Under the pieces are notes generated by a model. That model was not told where the DNA came from, did no database searches, and worked only from the letters and a program-made list of their open reading frames with translations. From Halocafeteria seosinensis (taxonomy: Eukaryota), in NCBI GenBank assembly GCA_001687465.1, contig LVLI01000673.1:1-39259 (forward strand): a stretch of 39,259 nucleotides of DNA, in the 5' to 3' direction. Of the stretch, positions 10,871-23,666 are shown piece after piece. A program made the position numbers and the translations under genes. How positions within the stretch are numbered: position 1 is the first letter of the stretch; the number at the start of each line of letters is the position of its first letter.

Positions 10871-11428
10871 GGGAGCATAGGCAGTACTTCCGGCTCTGTT
10901 GCTGCCGAGACTCGAGTGACAAGACCACAGAAGATGTTGTTCATGCAAGTATAGTGTAGTCAGGTGCATGTGCAATTCATTTATGGATTGTGCGGCTGAG
11001 CAGAATGACCACTCGCTGCTTTCCATATCACCTGTGTCGAGAATGCCGTTTTTAATCAAGAGTGTCCTCCCGGATTCCTAGATGCAGAAGCACACTATTC
11101 GGTTAAAGCGAATTAATCAAGTGGGGCATGTTTTGCCCGCGTTGACTTTCATGAGCGTAAGAGGATACTTCAGGAGTTCCACTCTTCGTGAAAGCTATAC
11201 CATATGTGTTGCACTATTCAGTGAAAATACTGGCACTGTTCTGCAGTCTACAGGCGGTCAGAGTCCATTGTAGTATGCACGCACTCTGTTGCCAAGGACC
11301 TACAGTACGGCCACACTACTGTACAACAACTGTACATTTAGCGTCTTCCGGTCGGAGCAATACTCAGTTATATTCAGTTAGGGTTAGTTGAGTATAGGTT
11401 CACTCGCAGTACTAATACACAGTTTTTT

Positions 11429-11446
11429 ACACACACACACACACAC
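11429..11446. repeat. (CA)n microsatellite
   Basis: Run of about 9 CA units. Confidence 0.8.
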
Positions 11447-11766
11447 TGCGGAATTTCGGCTTTCTCACTCTGTCTGTACGAGTTACCCGTTGGAGTTAGT
11501 CTTGAACTGCTCCTTGTCGTTCGTCCGTATGCAATTTATACATTCTGTGCGGTATAATAATGTTGGTTAGACGAGCTTTTTTGTTTTGGTATGCAGCGGG
11601 ATAGACAGAGTACCGTGGTAGTACACCACGTGGGTCGCCGTCGCCGAGACTCGCCGTTAACTTAACGCGCGCGATGTCGCAACTTCACAATTGTGTGTTG
11701 TAATAGCTCGTATTTCATCATTGTTAATGGCGTGTATGAAGGGCAAGCGAGCAAACAAAGTCGGCC

Positions 11767-13916
11767 ATGGAGAAAGTAGCCCGTCCGGAGAATGAGCTTC
11801 CGAATCCCACGGCCAAGGCGATCAAAGGATGCACGGAGCTGCACCTGGGCCGACAAGAAATTACACATTTACAAGGACTCGAACGCTTCGTGAATCTTGA
11901 GGTTCTTTGGATCAATGACAATCGCATCGGGAGGCTGGAGAATCTGGGCAACAATACGCGCCTGAAAGAGCTGTATGCGCACCGGAATGAGATCTACACA
12001 CTCAAAGGGAGTTTACCGAAACTGAAATTCTTACGCGTCCTGACGCTAGGTAATAATCGCTTGAGCTCATTGGATACCCTGATTGCCACGCTCAAAAAAT
12101 GCGCCTACCTCGAAGAACTAGGTATGTCTGAATCACTTCTAGCAGGAGCGTTGGGTTCCCGACAAGGCGTGCGATGAGTTTGCAGATATGCACGGCAACC
12201 CGTGCTCCGAGGAAGTCAATTACAGATACAAATTGATTCATGCGTTTCCTACTCTAAAGGTGCTGGATCGTCACGTGATTACCGACATAGAGCGTTATGA
12301 AGCGCAGAAAAAGTGTGTACCCTCTCCTCCATCGTCGGCTTGTCGAGTACCGTGGAGGTCACTGTTGTTTATATGGCAGGTTCTCTAAGCCGAAGCAGGA
12401 TAAGTTGATGAAGAAATCGTCATCCACGTCAACGATGGACCGTTCACGTCGATTGTCGGTGCAGTATGGTGTCGTGTAAGTATGGCCTACATTCGCTGGT
12501 ATGGCAATTACAGCTATCATCGTCTGTCGGCTCCAGTGGCAAGGAGGAAGAGACGGAAACTCCAGTACAACGTATGCTTAGGCGAGATATCAAGGAAGCG
12601 CAAAGAGAGCAAAAGGTATGTCATTTTAATACTTGTATCGTGGCTGTGTATCATCAGATTTCTGATTCCAGAGAGAGCAACTGAGGGACGTCGAGGAAAT
12701 GCTTTCGCAAAAAGAAGAACGACAGGTGTTATCAAAGTCAATCGCGGAGCAGTTGCCATATTCTGCTTTAGAGACCTTGGTTCAGGATGATGATACCATC
12801 GTGAATAAATCCATTCGTGCGGGGATGCAGCACCGAGGAGCACTTCCCCACGCTACACGTGCCGACGGCATGAGCGCGATGCTGACAATGCGGCAAGGCT
12901 ATTCCGAACGATTGCTCGATTCCGCTCAAGCCCGATCGACAAAATCATCAACGTTGTCTTCAGATAGACAAACAACTTTCTCACCGATCCGCAGAAAAGG
13001 GGGACAAGCATCCACCGCAGATGTCAATGGGCTCTCTGCATGGGACGTATATACGTTAAAGAAATTGTTTAAACAAGCGGATGGGGATAAAGACGGAAAC
13101 CTCACTGTTTCAGAGCTCCAGGGTGCTTTCGACAACGCTATCGACTATGGAATCGCTCTCATGGGAAATGAATCTCATGAAATGACTGACTTCCTGTTCG
13201 AGCAATGTAAAAAGTACGAAGAACCAGAATCAAACACAGTTTCGATCAAGGTTCTATCATGGTTCGTCGAACCGCTAAGCAAGCAGTCAGAAGAAGTACA
13301 AGGTGCAATTAAATTTAAAGCACTTAACGAAAAGGAGGCCGGCGATCAAGCTCAGGTGTATCACCACAAAGTTCAAAAGATACATGATCAACTAAGAGAG
13401 TTAGCAGATAGCGATCCGCGAAAGCAAGTACTGCAGAAGCAGGTGTTCTCGTCGCTCCAGACGTTCAACCGTCTTGAAGACATACATGAGCGCGCAGGCG
13501 GCTCCGTAAGTACCTCGTGAATTAGTTTTTTTCATATCAAGAAGGATTTGTTTCCCCATTCATTCCTGATGCAGTTCGACCCCGCTAAGGCTCCGCCTCC
13601 TGCTCCCCGTCGGAGGACAGATATTGTGGAGTTCATTTCTACCGTTCCTCTTCGCGAAGCGCAAAAGACTCTTCGGGAAGACAAAAAGGATTACAAGATT
13701 CCTCCTCCAGGGCAGGAATCTGATAGTGACAGTGATCCAGAAGATGGTAAGTTCATAGATATAGCCCATCTCGTGCGGGTTCTCTATGATATTCTCACAC
13801 CGTCGAGTTGGTATTCAGAGATGCGTGTCACCGGAAGTCGGAAGTTCGACGATTACCGTAAGCGAAGGAAAGCTCGGAAGCCGAAGGTAGTATTGACAGA
13901 TCTCCTGAGACTCTGA
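11767..13916 (+). CDS. LRRC72-like leucine-rich-repeat protein with EF-hand, multi-exon
   Basis: LRRs (LEVLWINDNRIGRL, LKELYAHRNEI, LRVLTLGNNRL); LRR cap D|MHGNP…YR…LKVLDRHVIT across intron 12122-12185; EF-hand DGDKDGNLTVSEL; several further GT-AG introns. Confidence 0.8.
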
Positions 13917-14161
13917 TAGATGTTTCATTCAAGGTGGTTATATGGTTGCGGAAGTGACGATGACTACGCATTATTGGCCGGTGGAAGATTCGTCGTCTTA
14001 CGCGGAACACCATACAACTGTATCAAGTCTTCATGGTTATACTAGTCGATTCCCCGGTACCAGATAATGTGCTATTATTACCCACTAAATTAGTAGTTAG
14101 AAAAACTACTTTCCTGGTTGAGTGCTATAGAAACCGTCTGCCCGATCGCGATCGCCCTGCA

Positions 14162-14863
14162 CTACATGACGGTGCAGCTTGACTTCTTTCGTCGTTTATA
14201 AGAATCTTCTAAGTATTTCAATTGTTTTTGATTAATGGCGCCCCTTCGTTTATCGCGTATCAAATTAACCGCCTTCAACGGCTCGACTCCCTCCTCAATA
14301 AGGGCAATAGCCACCAAGACAGGGGCTCTACCAAGACCAGCAACGCAGTGCACCGCAACTGCAGGGTCTGAATACATAACGCCGAGTTCGTTTCCTTGTG
14401 AATCTTTCGCCGCTTGTTTCTTTTTGAATCGCTTTTCACAGATGTCAAGCCACGTATCAATAATATGGTCCGGTGGTGCACTGCCATCGTCGAATACCAG
14501 ATCCTGGAAAACAATAAAAGCGGGGAAGAAGATGATCATTCCTGAATAAACAACGGATGAGATCGCAGTAATTACTTACATGGACTTGCACTCCTGACTT
14601 CTGTACTCGTTCAGCGCTATAGTGGCTCTCGCAGGCTCGAACTAAATCTGTTACGTGATGTTTCTTAAATTCACTCAAATATGCTTCCACATTGGCATCT
14701 GTAGGCTGCATTCACTCATGTATATAAAAACACGCTATAAACTGTCACCAGAGTAGGGCGTACATCATGTGAAGTACCGAGTACTTACAGCATCAATGAT
14801 TAAGAACCGTAGGTTCTTGAACTCGATGAAGCTTGGGGCGTTTGCCACCTTTGGTTTCGACAT
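14162..14863 (-). CDS. PTP4A: PRL/PTP4A prenylated protein tyrosine phosphatase (3 exons)
   Basis: MSKPKVANAPSFIE…RFLIIDA|PTDAN…VRACE…VH|DLVFDDG…AVHCVAGLGRAPVLVAIAL…RRGAIN, ending in CAAX box CTVM; two GTAAGT introns. Confidence 0.95.
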
Positions 14864-15753
14864 TGTTGTTGTGCTGGCGTTCGTGCTTTACTCTTCTCTT
14901 GAGTTGTTTTGCTTTACAACAAAACCAGCGAGTGACAGCTCCTTAACTCAATAGTCTAAGGACTGATATAATTTAGATCTCGCTTCGCGTAATCGATTAA
15001 CGAGGGACCGAACAGTCTGTACTTGCTGAGCATGCCGTTCCCAACAATACCACCACAACAACTTCCAACGCGTCTCAATAAAGAATCCAGTCCCAAAGAA
15101 CGAGCGTGTGATACTGTCATCACCAATACAAACGCAATGGTAATATCGTTAACACAGGCCTTTGCATGAAAGAGTCAACACGAAAACGGAGGGGAAAATC
15201 GCCAACAACTGCGATTCTCTCCTAGGCATCCACTTGTATGTTTGCGTCCACGTACCCACCAAAAGTATCAGTACTCAATCATGAATATACACGTATACAG
15301 ACGAGTAATTGACGTAATAAGTGGGGTTCGGCGTGAAGTAAACACCATCGTGCGGGCCATTCACCGCATCTAGCCACCACCCACATCGTATATGGTATTG
15401 AGACACCGGAAACAGACGAAAAGGATCCCATAGAGGCATTTTATTACGGTGTATATGACATGTTCGGCTCTCAGTCCCCTCCACGCAGGGACAAAAAGAG
15501 CTGGGTGTTGAAGTTACCCTTGCGCTTCCCCTGTCACGAAATGCATGGGACTGACGAAACCTCCACCCTCATTCCTCTCCCATCGACATCTCTTGGAGCA
15601 AGAACACAATCAGTCACGCAATTGAGATACTTACATTCACTGCAACAATATTAGATGCGCGTCAGATCAGGCAATGTTTGCAAAGTCATTCTGAATATAG
15701 GGTCGACTCAAGTGATTGAACTGGCAGACTGCAAGTTGAAGCTAAGCCGAACT

Positions 15754-15957
15754 CTTTGACTTTGACTTCCTCGGCGGAAGACTTCCGGAAGTGCGAAGAT
15801 TGTCCACCAAACGGTTGATGGCACAAAACGACAAGGAAATGGACAGGGAAAAACGCCAACCTGAACTTCTTTTTTTTTTTGACTTCCTCGGAGGAAGTTC
15901 CTCCAACAACGAGACACACTGACAATGAGTGGTAGAAGAGTGTCCACCAAAGAGTTG
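15754..15957 (-). repeat. Two tandem copies of a hairpin + A-rich-tail element end (family C)
   Basis: Shared TTTGACTTCCTCGGMGGAAG and GAAGAKTGTCCACCAAA blocks at 15754-15817 and 15870-15957; minus-strand tails (GTCAAA)2 and poly(A). Confidence 0.55.
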
Positions 15958-17295
15958 GACGTACATGCATATGTACACATGTACGACACAAGCTGGGACC
16001 ATTTGTGCTGAGGTCTTGTTGTAGTGTACAACCGTACCAGAAAGTTGACAGTTTCTTTCTTCCACCTCACGGACACCTGGCTGACTGTATCTGTACCAGA
16101 AGTTACATACGTGTGATGTATGTGTCTGTACAAAAAGGGGGCCCCAAAAAACCAGGTCTTAGTTAGTTAACTACGCGTTTAAACACACCAACGCATTTGA
16201 CCATGGCGCCAGAGGAAGCACTACATGGTAAAGCTTACATTGGTTGAAGCTATTGAGGGAATCTCTCAAGGGTTCATTCCTGGAAAATGCAAAGTGACGG
16301 ATGAAGTTCGTTGGACTCAGGGCATTACACAAAATGTTTGGATCAGAGCAGAGAGAGGACGTTACATCAACCCTTATTGATAATGCCCTAGGATGTCTTT
16401 GCCTCGAAGAAGGACATGGGACTCTAGCAGCAAGCCAAAGAAGGGAAGCCACGTTCAAGCTGGTGGTTGCGTCCTGATCAACCTGACTTGCAAGTTGAAT
16501 AGAACGAGGCACTATTGAAAAATTTTGCCGTCTTTGCTTCAACTCTTGGTCAGCAAGTGGAAGACTGCATACAGGTGTTAAAAGAAAGGAACGTTCACGA
16601 AAATTCTACAGATACTGTACATTCCACGAATCTGTACCACGAACACCTCTCCATCTAACTACCTTATTACTCATTATAATGGAATCCTAAGGGAACAGCT
16701 ACAACGACAGCGACCATTCGCTTGTTTAAGCGCGATTTGATTTATATATGAAGTAGGGATGGCTGCTTGCAGGAGTGGCGCCTAAGCCTGATTCAGACTG
16801 CCTGAAGCGTTTGGAGGAGATTAGACTATTGATTTCTGATGAGCTCCATATGGTCATTATGGTATACCGGTATCATGTGCACAGTGTACAGGCTCATTAG
16901 GGTTGCAGCTGCCCCGTGTGCGCACACTTTACACCAAAGTCTGGCTGCCAACCACTTCCCGTTGCCATGGAGAAGCCAGTTAAAGTCAAGGATATGTATG
17001 ATAGGGGCCCTAAACATGGCAAAGGGGTTCCTTTGGGGAATGAAGAAAGATGTCCCGTTGCAGGTAAACCAAACAGTACAAGTCCCTTCCACCTCACTTC
17101 CCTGTACACTTCCGGATGCACTTCAGCGAGAGCGTGTATTCAACTTCAGCGAGGCTGAGATGAAGAAAGGGAAATCAAAATGACAGATTGGCATCCATCA
17201 GGGAAACTTTGTGACTTTTGTAGTCTTACACTAGAAAACAAACGTGAACTAATTTACCTTACCTCAGGTTACAACCTGCTTAACTTACAGGCGAA

Positions 17296-17330
17296 TCAAG
17301 TTGTGATTCAAGTTGTGATTCAACTTGTGA
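17296..17330. repeat. 12-bp tandem repeat x3 (TTCAAGTTGTGA)
   Basis: tcaagttgtga ttcaagttgtga ttcaacttgtga. Confidence 0.7.
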
Positions 17331-18559
17331 AATGCAAAACTTCAATCTTCAACAACCGCACGCTCAAGCGCGCTCTGTTGCAAGCATTGTCTAGAAAGCG
17401 AGCTCATTCGGGGGTTGTCCATTCTCCACGTGTTTGGTCCCTTAAAAACGTGCGTTGATTTACTGTTAACAAGCAGTGCGGTTGATAGCGAACACTATAA
17501 TAGCTCGTTAGGTCTGTCCAAGCCACATAACCGACATATACACCCTCACACCAACACACGTTCCGTGGGAAGCGACCGAGCTCGTCAGAAACGTCATTGA
17601 AGCTTTGTACTTGGACCTATCGTCATATCGATTGGAATTGGACTGACTGGGTTGGAATAGTGCTTGTACAGACAAGCAGTGATTCGAAGACCCTGTGCAT
17701 ACGAGGAAAAAGTGAGTAATCGCCCTCTCAGTTAAAGTTGAAGTTTCCGGGGAAATCATTCCCTCTGTTATGATAAAGAGCCCGATGTCGGGCCAGAAGG
17801 GACTTGTGAAGCCACAAGAGTGAAGATTCGATGTATACACTGAGTAGGAATGTTGGAAAAGGGACATGTGTCGAATAAACGGGGAGTGACTTGGACGAGA
17901 CACGTTTCGTTTTCGAGAAAAGTTCGCACAACACATGGAAGAAGAGGTCTTTGTTTGAAGTCTGTGCTCCATATGGAGGTCAGTGCAACCTGCATGTGAT
18001 TTCCTGAAGGAGGCCCAAAGGCATGGGGTGAATGAGTTAGGGGTACGATGAATACTTTTCACAGCTTCGCTGGGTTGAACTTCAGGAGGGATGGCGTCGT
18101 TGCGGTCGTCTAGGCGACTAACTCGCCGTCCACCGTATATTCCTCGAATTCTCTAGTTAAACAGTGCTGCCTTCCAAGGGACCTTTCTCATACACCTTTT
18201 TTGAGGGCTGGGTGGATGACTTACCTGAGCTTCGCCAGTTGAACTTCTGTCTCCCTGCTGGTGCTCCCTACATTTTCCTTTTTGTCGTTCCGGCCCGAGG
18301 AGTCATGCCAATTCCTTGTATCCCCAGCATTTCGCTTTATGTGGCTACCTAGTAGTGTGCTTCTTGATGAGAGGTTCTAGGAGTGTTGTTTTGCTCTAGA
18401 GAACACTAGGGAACTGTTGCGGGGGGCGTTTGACTCACGGCGCGACTGCGGCCGTTTAGCTTCACACGCACCATTGTGGGTGGCTCCCCGTCCATCGCGA
18501 TTGTCGTATTTCTCACGAGTGGATTTGTCTCGTTGTTGTGCTTGTTTCCATTTCTTTTT

Positions 18560-18592
18560 TGTGTGTGTGTGTGTGTTTGTTTGTTTGTTTGT
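18560..18592. repeat. (TG)n(TTTG)n compound microsatellite upstream of DYRK1
   Basis: Directly visible. Confidence 0.75.
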
Positions 18593-18821
18593 CCTGAGTT
18601 ACCAACTGGGTTTGTCGATCGCAGAGTGCAAGAAATATCGCGCGCGCTAAGCTACGACAGAAGTCACTTGGTTTCCAATTAACAGATAGTTACGTGGTAG
18701 TAAGGCATGCGCCATTATTTGGATTCGATCTAGACAACTTGGGCAAGCACAGAGGAGGGCTCTTAAACTGAGATTCGTAATTCCCTCTTGGGTAGTTAAC
18801 CAGACGGACGGCAACACAAGA

Positions 18822-21194
18822 ATGTCCTCGAAGCAAGTTGGAGGGGATATAATAGCAAGCGCCTCGTCTAAAGCTGAGGTTGCTCAAGCGAAGGGGAAGT
18901 CCGATGAGTCGGCAACGCAAACTGGACACGACAAAGGAAAACGCAAGGATGCAAAAGAGGGAAGTAGGACTCGTCCTGTTGAAAAGCTGACTCGAAGTTT
19001 GTTATCTACTTATAAGGGTATAAATGAAGTGTATTATCGGAAAAAACAAGAGCGACTGAAAGCCAAGGAAGAAAACGCGAAATCTTCGTCTCCTTCCAAG
19101 GGGTCGAATGCGTCGGTAGATTATGAGGTGGTAAAAGGTGACTGTATCGGCGAAGACAACAGATACGAAATAGTAGAACGTCTAGGGAAAGGATCTTTTG
19201 GACAAGTTGTTGCCGCGTGGGACAAAATTGAAGAGAAGAAGGTAGCGATCAAAATAATTAAGAACAAGGAGGCGTTCAGGAAGCAAGCAGAAACGGAGAT
19301 CCGTCTGTTGAAGGTATTGAACCAGTACGACCCGAACGACCAGTGGTGTATAGGTAAGCAACGGTATTCAATCTTCTATAGTTGTCGTGGAGGTGATTGC
19401 TTGTGTGCTTCATGCAGTGCGGTTTCTTGGAACCTTTGACCATCACGGACACACCTGTATCATTTTCGAACACTTATCCATGAATATGTATGAACTTTTG
19501 AAGAGGAGCCAGTTCATGGGAGTGAACTTGTTCCTCATTAGAAAGTTCGCTAGGCAGATCTTGCGAGTAAGTTCCTAATTTGTTGCAGCTGTCATTATCG
19601 GTAGCGTACATTCCGTTCTTCTGGCTTTTGCAATGTTCAGACTTTAGCATTCTTATCTCTGCCGAATGTCGACATCATACACTGTGATCTAAAGCCAGAA
19701 AACATATTGTTTAGGGTTCCCAATCGAAGTGCTGTCAAAGTATTGGACTTCGGCAGCAGCTGCAAGCGGAATGAACAGGTACGTTGTCTTGGCTCTTATT
19801 TGCATCGGTGGATTTGGATAAACGTGATGATCATCTAAATGCAGATGTATGTCTACATACAATCGCGATTCTACCGCAGTCCAGAGGTTATCCTCGGACT
19901 CCCGTACGACCAAGCTATTGATATGTGGAGCCTTGGTTGCATGCTTGTTGAAATGCATACTGGTTCACCTTTATTCTCGGGAAGAGATGAACATGATCAA
20001 ATTACCAGGTTTGTCAAACTGAAGGGCCTCCCTCCGCAGTGGATGCTTGAAAGGGGTAGGAAGACTCATCGATTTTTTGACATTATCACTCCGAGAGTCA
20101 CACCGAAGAAACAAAGTTCTCGTTCCGAAAAAACTGAAAAGGTACCGACATGTGAAAGTGACGAAGACTCTGATACGAACGTTCCTACCAAGGGCAGAGG
20201 ACAATCCCAGGGTACATCCGGGGACGGTTCTAGTAAGAAGGCAAGGAGAGTGGTAGAAGAGCCAACAAGAAACTCCACTTCTGCGGACTGCTTCCGGTCT
20301 TCGCGGAGCGCTGACCGAAGGCGCAAGGCCCACGTGCAACGCATGCGTCACTACCGCAACCCCTGTATGGCATTTCCGATGCCTGTTGAGTACAGACTTC
20401 GTCCTCGAACAAAGAAGTATGCGAGGGAACCAAGAATTAACACAAACTTGCGAGAGGTCTTGATGATGGACAAGGGTGGACCCGGAGCAAAATCTAACCG
20501 CTCTGATGATGAAAAGCGTCGAACCCATTATCAATACTGTCTTTTCATTGACCTGATCGAACGAATGCTCGACTACGACCCTAAGAAACGGATAAAACCT
20601 ATGGAAGCGCTAAATCACCCATTTCTTCGAGACGAACATGGCTCCAAGGGTGCTCCAGAAGAAGAAGAAGCCGAAACTACATCGTACAACTCATTGCTTC
20701 CCTCTCCGAATGCAGATGAAATTCGGCATGTGTCGGAAGTGGCGCCTGATTTACGAGCTGCCGTCTATAAGGAGTACTCACTTTCGAAGCGCGTTTGGGA
20801 AGGAGGTGTGCAGAGTAACGAAGACGATTCCAGTGGTGGAGAACCTGAGGCAAGCCAGTCAGAAGTAGGCTCCGGCCGCACATTTGTGCCTCAAAAGGAT
20901 CTTTCCGATACTGAATCGAAGTTTGAGAAGTGGGTGAAGAAGGTGGGTCAACCGGCTAATACTGATGCTCATCCCATTCCCCGCGCGTTCAGTAGTGCAA
21001 CCCTGTCTTCGGTCGCTGCAAATAATGGAGATGGTTCGGCAAATGTGAGTGATTTTGTTCACGACAGTTCGTCTCTGTTTGGTCGAAAAGTAGAGGCCAA
21101 GAAGCCTCCTCAAGCACCGGCTAACAGCAAAGCGGAGACATACCGCCAGCAGCAGCGCTCTGCCCCCACACTTCCATCTAAGTCGTTTGGGTAG
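18822..21194 (+). CDS. DYRK1: DYRK1/minibrain-class dual-specificity kinase (4 exons)
   Basis: N-terminal [52 protein letters not shown], activation loop [14 protein letters not shown]; three short GT-AG introns. Confidence 0.93.
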
Positions 21195-21524
21195 ATTTCC
21201 GATGAATTTGCAACAACCAGTAAGACGTTGTAGCTAGCCTTGTCGATTAAGCCAGTTACGTATTCTGTTATAATACCATCCGGAGGAGCCCAGCCAATTT
21301 TCCCGACTGAGTTGCTCTTCCACTCTCGACCTGCGTTGTAGCTCAGAGATAATCAAGTTCTCGTGTGCCGACCCGTGTGGTGTGGGGTGTTCAATGAAGT
21401 CATCCGGTTTCCATTGTTGAACCAGAATCGCGTGTTTTGCTCCCGTGAATTCCATATAGCAGAATGCTGGATCCCTTGCAGGAAGAAAACCTACCCACGG
21501 CAGCAGGCAAGGGGAATGACTTGT

Positions 21525-21630
21525 TCATTCAAAGTGTTTCGAGCATTTGTTCGAGATACAAATCATTCGAAGCGTCTTGAGCATTTGCTCGAAATACAAA
21601 TCATTCAAAGAATATTGAACATTGTTCAAG
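21525..21630. repeat. 38-bp minisatellite x2.8, each unit with an internal palindrome
   Basis: Units start TCATTC at 21525, 21563 and 21601. Confidence 0.8.
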
Positions 21631-21834
21631 TGGTACACTGCACTGCACGCACTCGGTAGGGTATGGTAAACCCTTCAGGTACATTTATTCTGCATCGATA
21701 GCATAAATTTTTCGACTGTCGTTCAAGTACTTGCGTTTTTTCTAGTGCTTCCTAGCGCAGTGTGATACGTTGGCCGTAGTTCAAAGCTCTTGCAAGAGGT
21801 TTCACTCTAGCGTAAATTAACCCCCACCCTTGAG

Positions 21835-21861
21835 TGCACACACAAGTGTGACTTCCACCAG
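21835..21861 (-). mobile_element. Degenerate family A 3' tip
   Basis: Minus strand GGCTGGTGGAAGTCACACTTGTGTGTG versus consensus GGCCGGTGGGCTATCTGTCACATTTGTGTGTG; flanking CCCTTGAG at 21827-21834 and 21862-21869. Confidence 0.6.
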
Positions 21862-21929
21862 CCCTTGAGGTTTTCAATCTCAGTTTCTTGTCTGGAAAGT
21901 TAGTCTTGGAGTTCATCCAGAGACAGTGC

Positions 21930-22631
21930 CTACTCTTTATCAACATCGCTATGAATATCTTCTAGGGGACTACTACCCGTTCCATTGTTTCCAAGAGGAG
22001 CTAAGACGCTATCTAGGGGTGACGCCGATCCGGCAGCCCTGTCGAGACTATCATCATGAGAGGCAATCAGAGGTGGAATCCGCGCATTACCGTCACTTGG
22101 AGGTAGACACTCTGCAGTATCAACCACCTCTTCGGAGCGAGTCTCTCCCATGGACCGATTTCTCAGTTCCCCGGTGGCTGAAACCGTGCGTTCATCGCGG
22201 ACACATTCAGCGGAATGCGACTGAGATTGACGATTTGGTAGACCTGACAGGATTACTAAATCTACTAACGAGGGTACCTGGTCCCACTGAAATTGTCCCG
22301 GATGAGACATTGCGCTTTGGAATCGATCTTGTTGGAGTTTGCGCCTCTTCTCTGGCTTAGTCTCGACATCGACGCATTCTTGTCCAACTCCTTTCGAAAC
22401 GCAGTTCTGGAAGCAGCCGAAACTAGTGTGCCACTCGTCTCTTCGTTCAATTGCATTCACAAAACTTACCCTACAGGGTCTTCCCGTGTCACATTTAATT
22501 TTCTTTATGGCACAACGCTGGCATGCCCGCCTCACTTTGTCTTTTGCCTGTCGTTTTCCCGCGGCGCTCGGATTTCGCGGATTTTCATCCCCGCCACTAT
22601 CGCTGCTCTGCGCGGCAATCGCTCTGTCCAT
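21930..22631 (-). CDS. Zn(II)2Cys6 binuclear-cluster protein
   Basis: RACQRCAIKKIKCDTGRPCR|NCVSKGVGQECVD once the 63-nt in-frame intron 22469-22407 (GTAAGT…TTCCAG) is removed. Confidence 0.85.
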   Translation of the reverse strand: MDRAIAAQSSDSGGDENPRNPSAAGKRQAKDKVRRACQRCAIKKIKCDTGRPCRVSFVNAIERRDEWHTSFGCFQNCVSKGVGQECVDVETKPEKRRKLQQDRFQSAMSHPGQFQWDQVPSLVDLVILSGLPNRQSQSHSAECVRDERTVSATGELRNRSMGETRSEEVVDTAECLPPSDGNARIPPLIASHDDSLDRAAGSASPLDSVLAPLGNNGTGSSPLEDIHSDVDKE

Positions 22632-23666
22632 ACCACTCGCAAGGTAGCAAACTGAAGTGATAGAATTCTCCTAATAGAGAGGTACCAGAGAGAATTGTCG
22701 CAATGAGGAGAGCTCTTCCAACAACAGTGAGCCTTGGTGGAAGGGCACTGCTCCTCACCTCTTGCTGAGCCAGTGAGTGTATAGAAGGTTCCTTAAAAAC
22801 TTCACTCTGCAAACTCTTCTACCGCCTGACAACAAAAATCCCGTGAGGTTTGTTCCATTGGGGCATGCATTTTAACAAACACGGTAAACACTTGGTTGTG
22901 TGTCAAATCGTCTACTGTGCCCGCCCTTGGTTTCGTCCCAAGATTCAGCTCCCGAACCGTACCCGTCGAAGGTTACACCACACGGGTTGTCAAAAACTCC
23001 GCGCGCCTCTTTAGACACTGTTCTCACACGTCCCACAAATGCTGCGAGGCGTCGTTGAGACTAATCATGATATGGGCAAGCATATGCGTCCATCTTTTAT
23101 GCCCAAATTTACGACTGATATTCGGTCCATGCGCTCAAGCAAATGCTTCCTCAGTTGTATTAGAATTTTCGGACCTGCGGAACCCTGAGCTTCCCGGAGT
23201 TGCACTACTCCTATTGTGGCTTATGTGGAACTTCGGAATGAGCACTGAATGAAAATTCACCCTTTTTAATGCCGTCTTGCACAACCGTCGACGCTCATGC
23301 ATGTACTGGACACGCTGCAGCAGTTGAGGTCTTTGGTTTACGTACCGTACAAACAAATATTTCAGCACACATTTCAAAAAAAGAAAAATTCAAATCATGC
23401 TGTAGGAAGTTAATGGCCCAATACAAGTGCTTATGGTTGTAGGATTGGTTCCCCAACACAACCACGTGGAAAAGTAGATACTGTGGTATCATTTTCTCAT
23501 TTCAGTTGCTTCGGGTATACACATGGCTTGTATCTGGGAGGCTTGTTTCCTGGGATTTTTTGAATTTTTGGTTCCAAAGGAAAGTAAAAGCACGTATTAT
23601 ACACCTTAATTGGTCTTTTCTCCTCCTTATTGACATTGACCCAATTTCGTATCCTCCTGAGACGAT

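Noticed and set aside
11684..11700. TCACAATTGTGTGT as another family A tip
   Set aside because: Short imperfect match with no flanking duplication.
16171..18352. Short ORFs or transposase remnant between PTP4A and DYRK1
   Set aside because: Overlapping stop-ridden frames with no supportable motif; only a vague BED-finger-like resemblance near 17820-17900.
21525..21630. CRISPR-like array
   Set aside because: Units are contiguous with no unique spacers; eukaryotic context; no cas genes.
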